A stretch of DNA of 64,000 nucleotides from Candidatus Nomurabacteria bacterium (GCA_020631855.1 JACKGU010000001.1:447597-511596), one strand, 5' to 3'. Shown: positions 19,986 to 29,098, numbered from the stretch's first letter. Numbers and translations are program-made. Notes: generated from the sequence alone by a model not told the origin.

Positions 19986-20052
19986 GTACATTTTTTTCCC
20001 AATTTTTTTGCGAAGCTTTTTATTTGCTTCTTTTTAATGCTAGTATTAATTT

Positions 20053-20616
20053 ATGCCGTCTTTTTTGAAATATATTGGCCTTGTTAATATTTTTCTGTTT
20101 TTAACGATTGCTTCTACCTTGTTGAAAATTTCAGATAAGGTTGACCTAAAAAGCAAAACTGCTAGTAACCTAGCTACAGACAAAAAAACAGCCACTATTT
20201 TCAATCTTTCTCTTTTTGTTTTCGCTTTAGGGCAAATAATTTTTTCCTTGATAGCAAACTACTTTATTACCGGAAAAGTCTTTAGTGTTCCTTCAGGATT
20301 GTTCCTAATAGGAGGTGTCTGTTTAATATTATCAAGCTTTATTACCATGAAGAGCCACAAAGAAATGCACTCGAACTTTTCAAATTTTTCATCTCTTTTT
20401 GTTGGGCTGGGACTATTGCTATTATCCTTAAGCCTGCTTTCTACAAACCTTTATCTTGGAATTCTATTAATTCTGGGCTCTCTTCTTATTCCAATCAGTT
20501 ATTTAGTAAAAGGAAAGCTTCGTGGAGCTTACTGGGAAGTTGTTTTATTTACTGGTTTCTTAATTTGCAATGTGGTTCTATCAATTCCGCTTCTTTTTCC
20601 GTCGGTTTTAAAGTAA
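20053..20616 (+). CDS. hypothetical polytopic membrane protein
   Basis: 187 aa with 5-6 hydrophobic helices. No motif recognised. Confidence 0.4.
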   Translation: MPSFLKYIGLVNIFLFLTIASTLLKISDKVDLKSKTASNLATDKKTATIFNLSLFVFALGQIIFSLIANYFITGKVFSVPSGLFLIGGVCLILSSFITMKSHKEMHSNFSNFSSLFVGLGLLLLSLSLLSTNLYLGILLILGSLLIPISYLVKGKLRGAYWEVVLFTGFLICNVVLSIPLLFPSVLK

Positions 20617-20683
20617 TTTCTCTTCTCTTTTTATTCCTTTGATAAAAACAAGATTACTCCTTTTTCAGCTCAAAAAAGAGGGT

Positions 20684-21697
20684 CTAGGGGTGAATCTTTT
20701 GAGCTGAATCTTCTTGTATCAACACATGTCTTAAAACTTCAAATGCAGGCTTGGGTTTAAAACCTTCATTAAACAGACCTATTCCTGGTCGTTCCCAAGC
20801 TACTTTTTCATCACAAAATCCCCAGAAAGTAAAGCCATGAACATAATCTGTACTGTTGCAAATATCAAAAAAGCGTTTGTAAGCAAAGGCTTGATAATCA
20901 AACCAATTGTTGTATTTTGTACCACCACGGGTTACGAAAGGTTCATTCGGATCTATCTTTCGGCCACTGTGGATTGAATTGTCGAAGCTCAAATCAAACT
21001 CGGTGATATAAATTGGCAATCCTGTCTCTTCGTGGATTTGAGACAGTGTCTTTTCGATTTCGTCATCTGGCGGCAAATCAAATGTCCACATATGGCCTTG
21101 TAACCCTACTACGTCAATTGGGCCACCAGCTTTTTTCACTTCTTTGATCAGTTTAATGTACCCCCGCCTAATATCCTCTTTGTAAAAATTACCGAAATCA
21201 TTAATCATCATTAAAGAGTTTGGGCTTTCTTCTTTTGCCCACTTGAAGATTTGAGCAATCAAATTAATTCTATTCTCACCTGTTCCTAAAAAATTTTCTT
21301 CTTCATCTCGAACTGATTCGTTTACTAATTTATACAGATAAAACTTATTCTTATATCTCCCCACTACAGCCTTGACATGATTTTCTAGAAAACTTTTTTT
21401 GTCGGTATAGCTTAATTTCCAGTACCAATCTGGAAAACTGTCTTTGTTGTTAATTACAGTGTTGTAATGAAGTCGAAGGTTGTTTTTTGTAGCAAAATCT
21501 ACAAGATTATCAATTGTTTGCCAATTATAATCAACTGTGGTCTCTGGTTTACTTCGAACAATAAATTTGATTTGACCGAAAGCAACCATCCCCACTTCCT
21601 CGAAGTTGTCTACAACTAATTTCAAGTATCTTTGTGTTTCCTCCTCACTTGCTACACCGTTGAAGTATTTTTGTTGAACAACTGTAGATACGTTCAT
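20684..21697 (-). CDS. glycoside hydrolase family 10-like (endo-1,4-beta-xylanase-like)
   Basis: Candidate acid/base LVNESV (GH10 NE), nucleophile IYITEFDLS (GH10 ITELD), and VVGLQGHM (GxQxH). Confidence 0.65.
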   Translation of the reverse strand: MNVSTVVQQKYFNGVASEEETQRYLKLVVDNFEEVGMVAFGQIKFIVRSKPETTVDYNWQTIDNLVDFATKNNLRLHYNTVINNKDSFPDWYWKLSYTDKKSFLENHVKAVVGRYKNKFYLYKLVNESVRDEEENFLGTGENRINLIAQIFKWAKEESPNSLMMINDFGNFYKEDIRRGYIKLIKEVKKAGGPIDVVGLQGHMWTFDLPPDDEIEKTLSQIHEETGLPIYITEFDLSFDNSIHSGRKIDPNEPFVTRGGTKYNNWFDYQAFAYKRFFDICNSTDYVHGFTFWGFCDEKVAWERPGIGLFNEGFKPKPAFEVLRHVLIQEDSAQKIHP

Positions 21698-21930
21698 ATA
21701 CTGATTTTTAATTCCCCTCTAAAATAAAATCTTGTTTTTAACCTTTTTATTTATAAAAAGCTGAGCGAAAATTATAAATAGGAAAAATGTATGTCGCCTA
21801 ACGTTTCAGCGTATACGATGTTGCCGATTTCTCCTTTTTATTTTATCAAATTAAATCGGCAATATGGGCGAGGCAACGATAGTGTCCGACGAGCCGTATA
21901 TGCCGTGTTATATGATGTATTTTCAACTTT

Positions 21931-22131
21931 TTATAACCAATTCTTTTTCTTTAAATCTGTAAATAGTTCTGTATAGCCACAATCCTGGCACACATATGCA
22001 ACAACCTTAGAACGTAAATTGATCATTTTTTTATTAACATCAGATAAATATCCAGTTATGATTGCTGAGTTGCCAAGATTACCATGATCAATCTTTTCAC
22101 TACTGCACTTTGGGCATTTACACATCGCCAT
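21931..22131 (-). CDS. zinc-ribbon domain protein
   Basis: 66 aa with two CxxC pairs (CKCPKC ... CQDCGY). Strong SD AAGGAGGTG 6 nt upstream of the ATG. Confidence 0.5.
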   Translation of the reverse strand: MAMCKCPKCSSEKIDHGNLGNSAIITGYLSDVNKKMINLRSKVVAYVCQDCGYTELFTDLKKKNWL

Positions 22132-22173
22132 AATAGTTCACCTCCTTATAAGTTGAAAGTATTTCACTTAACG

Positions 22174-22308
22174 TCAGGATTATGAGAAGTCGTGCGTAGC
22201 ACGATTTGGGTGGAGAAGTCTGCAAGACTTCGTAACCTCATAATCCTTGTTATATTCCCCGAAGGGCTGAAATTTAGTGCAACGTCCCGAAGGGAAATTT
22301 CAGAGTTG
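22174..22308 (-). ncRNA. structured leader RNA element, copy A (5' leader of Zn-ribbon gene)
   Basis: Minus strand RNA: CUGAAAUUU / AAAUUUCAG 9-bp stem enclosing a CC-UUCG-GG hairpin, then a CCC-UUCG-GGG hairpin. An 11-bp stem AGGAUUAUGAG/CUCAUAAUCCU encloses GAAGUC-UUGCA-GACUUC and UCGUGC-UAC-GCACGA. A near-identical copy with compensatory changes lies at 24983-25116. Confidence 0.5.
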
Positions 22309-22341
22309 TCGTGTCTAAAAAAAATTGTAGTCGGGCACACA

Positions 22342-23379
22342 CTAATTTTCAAATATTTTTTCAATCAATTTAAATTCTTCTTTATGGCAATCAAACTCTG
22401 CTTTTATTCCTAATGGCAAAATCCATTGTGGATCTGTATGTCCAAAATCCATGTTAGTAACTATTGGAAGACTGGTATTTCTGAATTCGGTATTTACCAC
22501 ATTGAGAATGTTTTCATTTAACTCTTTCTTTTCTTCTTCTGAATAATCTCTTGGTCTTCCAATAAGTAAAGCCGAAATTTTATCAAAAATTCCTTGCATA
22601 CCATAATTACGTAGCATCCATTTGACTTGGTCTGGAGATGGTTTGTCTTCCGATGTTTCTAAAAATAGGATTTTGCCATTCCAAAAATCATCATTTGGCC
22701 AAAATTTTGTACTTTTCAAAAATTCAAGGACTTCAATACAACCACCGAATAATTCACCTTGAATTTTTGAACTTCCCTGTAAAATATTCCAACCAATATT
22801 TTTTGACATCGGTTTTACTTTTCCTACGTTGGACTTGTCACTCCAGTCTAAATAACCCTGCGTATAAGAATCGTATGGTTTGTATTCGTAATGTTCAGGA
22901 TTTTCAAATAGAATTGTTTTGATATGCTCTTCAAATTTTTTTCCCAATGCATCCCATTGAGAAAATCCTGCCATGATTGCAGGTCCATGCAAGGTGACAA
23001 GTCCTAATTGATTAAAATATGTCAAAAGAGTGGTTGTATCAGAATATCCGATGATGATTTTTGGGTTTTTCCGAATTTCAGTTGCATTTAGAAAAGGCAT
23101 TATTCTTACAGAGTCATCACCGCCGATTGATATAAAAATCGCTTTAACTTCTTTGTCAGCAAAGGCGTCATTTATATCTTTGGCTCTAAATTCTGGATTT
23201 TTGTAAAGATAATCTGCATCTTTTCTAGCAGATGGATACTCTTTAACTTTAAGACCTAAGTTTTCAAGTGTCTTAATGCCTGATTCATAAATATGAGGAA
23301 AAACACTTGGACCGCCCCAAGATGGCGATACTACTGCAACGGTGTGTCCTTTCTGTAATTTCTTTGGTTTGATTGCCAT
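22342..23379 (-). CDS. LD-carboxypeptidase (peptidase S66; LdcA/MccF-like)
   Basis: S66 family blocks: KIIIGYSDTTTLL (GxSDxT nucleophile region), IGGDDS, and C-terminal FGHTDP-like DFGHTDPQ. Confidence 0.8.
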   Translation of the reverse strand: MAIKPKKLQKGHTVAVVSPSWGGPSVFPHIYESGIKTLENLGLKVKEYPSARKDADYLYKNPEFRAKDINDAFADKEVKAIFISIGGDDSVRIMPFLNATEIRKNPKIIIGYSDTTTLLTYFNQLGLVTLHGPAIMAGFSQWDALGKKFEEHIKTILFENPEHYEYKPYDSYTQGYLDWSDKSNVGKVKPMSKNIGWNILQGSSKIQGELFGGCIEVLEFLKSTKFWPNDDFWNGKILFLETSEDKPSPDQVKWMLRNYGMQGIFDKISALLIGRPRDYSEEEKKELNENILNVVNTEFRNTSLPIVTNMDFGHTDPQWILPLGIKAEFDCHKEEFKLIEKIFEN

Positions 23380-23671
23380 ATTATTCTGATAAATTGATTG
23401 ATTTATATAATTTGTGTGCCCGACTACTCCTAATTAATTTACACGACAATTGAATATAACGTTCCTGAGTATCCGAAGTTTTTTGCCGGATTTCTCAGTA
23501 TTTACGTGTATTTTAGCACTTTCGTTTATTTGTTGGAAGACGTTCAGTTTCAGCACATTCGAAGGCAAAAAATTTGGGTGAAACAAAATGAACAGTCCTT
23601 TGAAAGTAATTGAGTTCATTTTGTGGAACCGGATACTCAGTGTTATACGATAGTTTAAATTCTGTGCCGGT

Positions 23672-24925
23672 TTATTGCTTCATACGTTTTATTAAATCCT
23701 TTAGTTTAACAATCTCAATTTTATCTTCATCACGTCTTTTTACTTCTATTGCTTCTTGCGAAATTGTTTTATCGCTTAAAACTAATCTATAAGGACATCC
23801 GATGAGATCAGAATCAGCAAATTTTTCTCCAGGTCTTACACTTTCTCTATCATCAAGCAAAACATCAAAACCAGCTGAAGTAAGTTTCTCATAATATTCT
23901 TTTGCAAGCTGGCTGGCTTTATCAGTATTGGAAATGTTTAATAAGTGAATAAAAAATGGTGCGACTTCTTTTGGCCAAATAATCCCCTTATCATCGTTAC
24001 ACAATTCAACGATTGTGCCCATAATACGAGCTGGCGCTGTACCATAGCTTCCCATAACAACAGAATTAGATTTTCCTTCTTGATCTAAGTAACTCAAATG
24101 AAGAGCCTTTGAATACTTGGTTCCCAGTTTAAAAATATTTCCAACTTCAATAGATTTGGCTTTTTCTAGCTTATTTTTATCAATTTCTAATTCTTTCAAT
24201 ACTTCATCGCTGTAAACTTCTTTATTTATCGCAATATTTTTTTGCCTATCAATATAAATAATATCTTCACCTGCTTCGCAAATAGTTTGAAATTCGTGAC
24301 TAAATTTACAAAAAGAACCCCCACTGGCAAAAGTGAAAAAAGTTTGATCTCCAATTCCAGTTCTTTTAAAAATATTGCGGTAAGCATCAGTACATTTATT
24401 ATAAAAAGCGTCTAATTCTTCTTGTGTACGATTGAAAGAATATAAATCTTTCATGATAAATTCGCGAGTTCTTAATATCCCCGACTTAGCTCTTGTTTCA
24501 TTGCGAAACTTTGTTTGAAATTGATAAACATAAGCAGGCAAATCTTTGTAAGAACTAATGAATTTCTTCATTAGATTAGTCAAAGGCTCTTCATGAGTTG
24601 TAGCTAATCCAAGCTCAGCACCATTTTTTAGTTTTGTTTTGAACCATACGTCTATAACTTCATCATTCCATCTTTCAGTTTTTTGCCATACTTCTGGTGA
24701 TTGTAATGCTGTAAGTGATAATTTTTGGCCACCAATAGCATTCATTTCTTCTTGGATGATTCTTGTAATTTTCTCCATTACAATCAATCCTAATGGCAAA
24801 AATGAATAGGCGCCTGCCATTTCTTTGTCGATAAAGCCAGCTTGCAAAAGTAATTTCGCATTTAAACTTACTTCACCTTTAGAAATTGTTTTGCTTGTTT
24901 TTGTGAATAATTGAGATTGTTTCAT
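23672..24925 (-). CDS. proS: prolyl-tRNA synthetase, short bacterial form without editing insertion
   Basis: Class II motifs: QSQLFTKT...AGFI, motif 2 FRNETRAKSGILRTREFIMKD, motif 3 GSYGTAPARIMG. C-terminal anticodon-binding region. Confidence 0.9.
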   Translation of the reverse strand: MKQSQLFTKTSKTISKGEVSLNAKLLLQAGFIDKEMAGAYSFLPLGLIVMEKITRIIQEEMNAIGGQKLSLTALQSPEVWQKTERWNDEVIDVWFKTKLKNGAELGLATTHEEPLTNLMKKFISSYKDLPAYVYQFQTKFRNETRAKSGILRTREFIMKDLYSFNRTQEELDAFYNKCTDAYRNIFKRTGIGDQTFFTFASGGSFCKFSHEFQTICEAGEDIIYIDRQKNIAINKEVYSDEVLKELEIDKNKLEKAKSIEVGNIFKLGTKYSKALHLSYLDQEGKSNSVVMGSYGTAPARIMGTIVELCNDDKGIIWPKEVAPFFIHLLNISNTDKASQLAKEYYEKLTSAGFDVLLDDRESVRPGEKFADSDLIGCPYRLVLSDKTISQEAIEVKRRDEDKIEIVKLKDLIKRMKQ

Positions 24926-24982
24926 TGTAGGACGTGATATTATAAATTAACGTAAGGCACAGAATATAAATTTCACATAACA

Positions 24983-25116
24983 TCAGGGATAAAAGAAGTT
25001 TGCGAAGCAATTTTGGACGAAGAAACCTGCAAGGTTTCGTAGTCTTTTATCCCGTGTTATATTCCCCGAAGGGCTGAAATTTAGTGAAACGTCCCGAAGG
25101 GAAATTTCAGAGTTTG
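24983..25116 (-). ncRNA. structured leader RNA element, copy B (5' leader of proS)
   Basis: Same architecture as copy A. Outer stem GGGAUAAAAGA/UCUUUUAUCCC, inner hairpins GAAACC-UUGCA-GGUUUC and UUGC-UUC-GCAA, and an identical 65-nt UUCG-hairpin module. The 3' end overlaps the last codons of the hydrolase gene. Confidence 0.5.
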
Positions 25117-25667
25117 ATTTTTTGGCGTTCAATATACTTTTCAACTACTGTAATTATTTCAGGAAATTCAGATTTATTTACATCAGCTCCAAAATGTCCC
25201 TCATCCTTATACTCATGATATTCGGGTTCAATTTTGTCTTTGATAAATAAAGCTTCAGAAATTGGGATATATGGGTCATTCCTCGAGGCAAATAGTACAA
25301 TCTTTTCGGCGTTGCTTTTTATTTTGTCCCATTTCCACGGATTATCAAAGTATCCACTTTTCTTCTCGTGTTCATCGCCCAAATCTGTATAACAAGCGCC
25401 GACTAGAATTGCGAGCTTACATTTATTTTCCTCAAGATATCTTAGAATAGCTACAGCACCAGAGGAATGACCTATTAAAATCGCATCCTCGGTTGATAAT
25501 CTTTCCTTGATGAACGGAAGCCAATATTCTTTTCTTGCCAAATCAGGATCTGGCATATTTTCTGCAATTACATCCAATCCCAATTTGTGAAGTCCACTTT
25601 TCACATTTTGGAACCAATTTTCCGTAATGTCTGTATTGCCATTTCCTGGAATAATTATCGCTTTCAT
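25107..25667 (-). CDS. alpha/beta-hydrolase fold serine hydrolase (YdeN/RBBP9-like)
   Basis: 186 aa with GHSSGA (GxSxG) nucleophile elbow and downstream Asp/His candidates. Size and order fit the Ser_hydrolase family. Confidence 0.7.
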   Translation of the reverse strand: MKAIIIPGNGNTDITENWFQNVKSGLHKLGLDVIAENMPDPDLARKEYWLPFIKERLSTEDAILIGHSSGAVAILRYLEENKCKLAILVGACYTDLGDEHEKKSGYFDNPWKWDKIKSNAEKIVLFASRNDPYIPISEALFIKDKIEPEYHEYKDEGHFGADVNKSEFPEIITVVEKYIERQKIKL

Positions 25668-26055
25668 AATATTTATAAGTTTGATAACTAAATAAAGTTT
25701 ATGTTTTCAGAGCCGAAAAATCAAATTGAATATAACTCGTTTTTATACGATATCTTTTCACAATATACACCATGAGTCGTATATTATACGAGATGGTGGT
25801 AAATTTAGACCAAATAAAAACTGCCTTTATTTTACAATTTTCAAGGAATTGTGCAATCAGAGCTTCAAAAAACAGTACGAGAGTTAAAAATCAAAAACTT
25901 ACAGCCCCAAAACTGTAAAAAGTTATCTTTATGGCTTACGGAAATACTTTTCTTTTAAAGGCAGCGATTTTGCAAAGCTCGGCCAAGAAAACATTAGAGA
26001 TTTTCTACTTCATTGTGAGAAAAAGCACATTTCACCTCAAAGCAGGAATCTGTTT

Positions 26056-26691
26056 TTGAATAGTATCAAGTTTTACTATCGTAATGTCCTTAAGAATACA
26101 AAAAAAATCGAGGTTCAATTAGCTAAAAAGCCAAAGAGTTTACCCATTGTCTTATCACGAAGCGAAGTCGAGAAGATCTTAAAATCTCCCAAAAATGCAA
26201 AGCACAGACTCTTGTTGGCTCTTGCCTATGGAGCAGGACTACGAGTAAGCGAAGTTGTATCTCTGAAAATACAAGATTTGGATTTTGAAGAACTAACTGT
26301 GCACATTAAACAGGCGAAAGGACAAAAAGATCGAATAAGCGTAATGCCAGAAAGCTTGGCTGATAGTTTGAGGGGTTTAACTGCAGGGAAGGAAAGAGAC
26401 GATCTTGTCTTTGCTAGTGAGAGAGGCGGAAAGTTGGCAACGCGAACAGCACAGAAAATTTTTGAAAATGCGTTGAAGGACTCGAACGTAAAAAAAGATG
26501 CTACTTTTCATTCACTCCGACACTCCTTCGCGACGCATTTGCTTGAGAACGGAACTGATGTTCGCTATGTTCAAGAGTTGCTGGGGCATCAAAACATTAG
26601 AACAACTCAAAGATATACACAAGTAACCAACCCGAAGCTTAAAAATATAAGAAGCCCACTACGATTAAGGGTGAAGAAACTCGGCCTTTGA
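26056..26691 (+). CDS. tyrosine site-specific recombinase/integrase, catalytic C-terminal domain (N-terminal part frameshifted upstream at ~25818-26055)
   Basis: R...HSLRHSFATHLLENGTDVRYVQELLGHQNIRTTQRYTQV (R-H-R-Y catalytic tetrad region). Upstream 25860-26055 encodes the N-terminal SAM-like domain in another frame with a stop (ELQKTVRELKIKN... then YSPKTVKSYLYGLRKYFSFK). Paralog of the 47346-48261 remnant. Confidence 0.8.
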   Translation: MNSIKFYYRNVLKNTKKIEVQLAKKPKSLPIVLSRSEVEKILKSPKNAKHRLLLALAYGAGLRVSEVVSLKIQDLDFEELTVHIKQAKGQKDRISVMPESLADSLRGLTAGKERDDLVFASERGGKLATRTAQKIFENALKDSNVKKDATFHSLRHSFATHLLENGTDVRYVQELLGHQNIRTTQRYTQVTNPKLKNIRSPLRLRVKKLGL

Positions 26692-26773
26692 AAGATGAGA
26701 GGTCCGGCTTAAAGGAAAAATCGGTTTACGTGCCCTCGAGAGAGGTGACGAGCAAACAAAGACACTTCCTAAC

Positions 26774-26863
26774 TGGCGGAGGGAGAGGGATTCGAACCCT
26801 CGTGCCGGTTTCCCGACGCGTCGCTTTCCAGGCGAGCCGATTAGTCCACTCTCGCATCCCTCC
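26774..26863 (-). tRNA. tRNA-Ser (anticodon GGA), CCA encoded
   Basis: GGAGGGATGCGAGAGTGGACTAATCGGCTCGCCTGGAAAGCGACGCGTCGGGAAACCGGCACGAGGGTTCGAATCCCTCTCCCTCCGCCA. 7-bp acceptor, long variable arm, T-loop GGTTCGAATCC. Confidence 0.9.
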
Positions 26864-27000
26864 AAAACTACTGCTTATACTACCATGCAAGGGCTATAAG
26901 CTAAACCCCTGCTGCATATTTCCCGACATATCTTTCGAGCCACGAACCAAACATTCGCCTTTATAACAACGTCAATAACACTAAGCCGATGCGCAAAATA

Positions 27001-28263
27001 CTAGGAAAGAACCTTCTCAGTCTCTGAGGTCGTAAGTAGAGTATACAAAGAAGGAATTGCGAGTAAAAGAGCAAAAACTAAAAAAGTGTAGTTACCTAAC
27101 AAAGAATATAAGAAACCGGATAAAAGAGGCGAGAGTCCGCTACCAAAAGCCAAGATTGACGCGTCCAGACCCGTAACCTGGCCTTGCTGGTGAGGCTCGA
27201 CACTGTTTGCTAAATAGGCTCTGAATGTAGTTATGTTCAAAGAAAGACCCAAATTAACGAAGAAGGCGCTCACTAAAAGCATCGGCAGGGCAAGGTTAAA
27301 GCTCCCGACCATCAGCTTACTAGGCAACAACGGCATGACGAGCATAGAAACAAAAATTATAAATATTCCAACATAAAAAGACTTGAGCTCTCCGTACTTC
27401 TTTCCAAGTTTTGGTACAAAAAAAGCCTGATTTGTAATTGAAAAAAGTCCTATAGCAGCCAGCATTTCTCCCAACTGGTAAACCGAGAGACCAAAGTAAA
27501 TTTGCAATAACAAAGTTATGGTTGTCGTGTAAGCGGCGAAAACAAAAGCAAAAATAATCCTAATATATAAAAGCTTTTTAATTTCTTCACTTTTAAAAAG
27601 ATTGAACTTATTGAAAATGTTCACCTCAGACAACAACTTGATATTAAGGTGATGAGCGCGTTTCTCATACGGCAAGGACTCGGGCAATACAAAAACTATT
27701 AGAAACAAAGTAATAATTGAAATAATTAAAGCAACAAAAATAGTTCCAAGGAGTCCGGGACCCAAGCTATAAGAATAACCTCCAATAATCGGTCCTAATA
27801 AAAAACCCAAACCAAAAACACCGCCCATCATACCAAAAACCTTTGTGCGTTCTTCTTTAACTGTGGAATCCGATACCCAGGCCTGTGCAACTGAAATATT
27901 TCCCCCGGTAATACCGTCAGCTATTCTAGAAATTATTATAATAAGCAAAGGAACAGGTAGCCATCCAAACACGATACGGCCGTGGGCAAAATAAGCTAAG
28001 GTAAATATTAACCAACTAATTATGGTGCCCACCTGGCTAAGAACAAGAATAGGCTTACGGCCGTACCTATCACTTAAAGAACCTAGGAGCGGGGCGGCTA
28101 GGAATTGCGAAAAAGCGTAAGATGACAGAATAGCACCGTATGCAATGCTGAGATACTTTGTAGCTACATACTGCTGGACCATTTCGGGGAGAATCGGTAT
28201 TAATATACTAAAACCAACGACGTTGACAAAAGATAGTAATAAAACCGGCAATAATTTTTTCAT
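27001..28263 (-). CDS. MFS transporter
   Basis: 420 aa, 12 TM. MFS signature GSLSDRYGRKP between TM2 and TM3. Confidence 0.85.
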   Translation of the reverse strand: MKKLLPVLLLSFVNVVGFSILIPILPEMVQQYVATKYLSIAYGAILSSYAFSQFLAAPLLGSLSDRYGRKPILVLSQVGTIISWLIFTLAYFAHGRIVFGWLPVPLLIIIISRIADGITGGNISVAQAWVSDSTVKEERTKVFGMMGGVFGLGFLLGPIIGGYSYSLGPGLLGTIFVALIISIITLFLIVFVLPESLPYEKRAHHLNIKLLSEVNIFNKFNLFKSEEIKKLLYIRIIFAFVFAAYTTTITLLLQIYFGLSVYQLGEMLAAIGLFSITNQAFFVPKLGKKYGELKSFYVGIFIIFVSMLVMPLLPSKLMVGSFNLALPMLLVSAFFVNLGLSLNITTFRAYLANSVEPHQQGQVTGLDASILAFGSGLSPLLSGFLYSLLGNYTFLVFALLLAIPSLYTLLTTSETEKVLS

Positions 28264-28518
28264 TGTAATTTACAGAAAATAGACTCGCTAAAAACGAATT
28301 AGTGGTTTTTTCTCTCACACAACAGTATACCAAATTAGGACACGTTGTTGCTAATTAATTATTTTAAGATCTATGTTTATAATTAACTTCTATAACATTT
28401 AAAAATATATAATTCCCATTAAAACTACATGTTATAGAAATAACAACTGCGCCAAAACGGGAGATAAAAGAAATCCAACAAAGAGTATTTAAAATACTTT
28501 ATGAACACTAGCTACTCT

Positions 28519-28767
28519 TTAAAAAATGAAAGCTAACAATAAAACAACAATGCCCATAACAAACAAGTACTTGGCTTGAAAATTTAGTAGCCTCATCTGC
28601 TTCTTTTCATTAACATCATACGGGACCCATTTTTTGGCCTGTTTTATCATCCAATTTTTGTAAGAATCAGTCTGACCAAAAAAGCCCATTACTATAAGTA
28701 AAGCAGCAACAATAAATAGCGCTGTTTTCTCAAAGTCCAACATATTATAATCTTTTCCTCTTTTCAA
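28519..28767 (-). CDS. small hypothetical membrane protein
   Basis: 82 aa with two hydrophobic helices. Confidence 0.35.
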   Translation of the reverse strand: MKRGKDYNMLDFEKTALFIVAALLIVMGFFGQTDSYKNWMIKQAKKWVPYDVNEKKQMRLLNFQAKYLFVMGIVVLLLAFIF

Positions 28768-29098
28768 ATAGTTAAACTAAAAATATTTGATTACCCTCAC
28801 TATAGAAAAAAATCAAGATTTCTTCCTTTATTTTATCCTTTAACATTCTTCTTGCAAGAATTTTCAGAAAATATGTCGTGTTGTGTGGTGTGTGCTTTTT
28901 ATAATTAACAAATTCTTTGTCTTCACACAAGAACCGAGGGACTGAGGGCGAGGCTCAGTGAAGGTATAAATCGCAACCACGGCCCTATCTGGCGGGACGT
29001 TGTGAACAACGTTAGAACTATTATACAAAACACTCCAGGCTACATCCACATTCCCGACCTACAACCACAATTAGCTATTCGCTCTGCTTATTAGAATG

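Noticed and set aside
19668-19991. 107-aa minus-strand ORF spanning the GC-rich 19.9-kb element
   Set aside because: The translation has no recognisable features. The ORF coincides with nested inverted repeats and a perfect palindrome, which better explain the sequence. Kept only as a structured element.
22174-25116. T-box leader upstream of proS, and hammerhead/twister ribozyme identity for the repeated structured element
   Set aside because: No T-box sequence (AGGGUGGNACCGCG-like) or specifier-loop architecture. The hammerhead core CUGANGA...GAAA does not fit (CUGAAAU has A at the obligatory G8). Left as an unclassified structured RNA.
26864-27000. Imperfect hairpin GCAAGGG-N12-CCCCTGC between tRNA-Ser(GGA) and the MFS gene, as a rho-independent terminator
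   Set aside because: The stem forms on the minus strand with a G-U pair, but no U-tract follows it. It may be an att remnant or fortuitous. Not annotated.
28864-29049. 61-aa ORF in the GC-rich 3' flank of the giant gene
   Set aside because: Short, no start context or SD, and lies in a GC-rich probable regulatory/terminator region. Likely non-coding.
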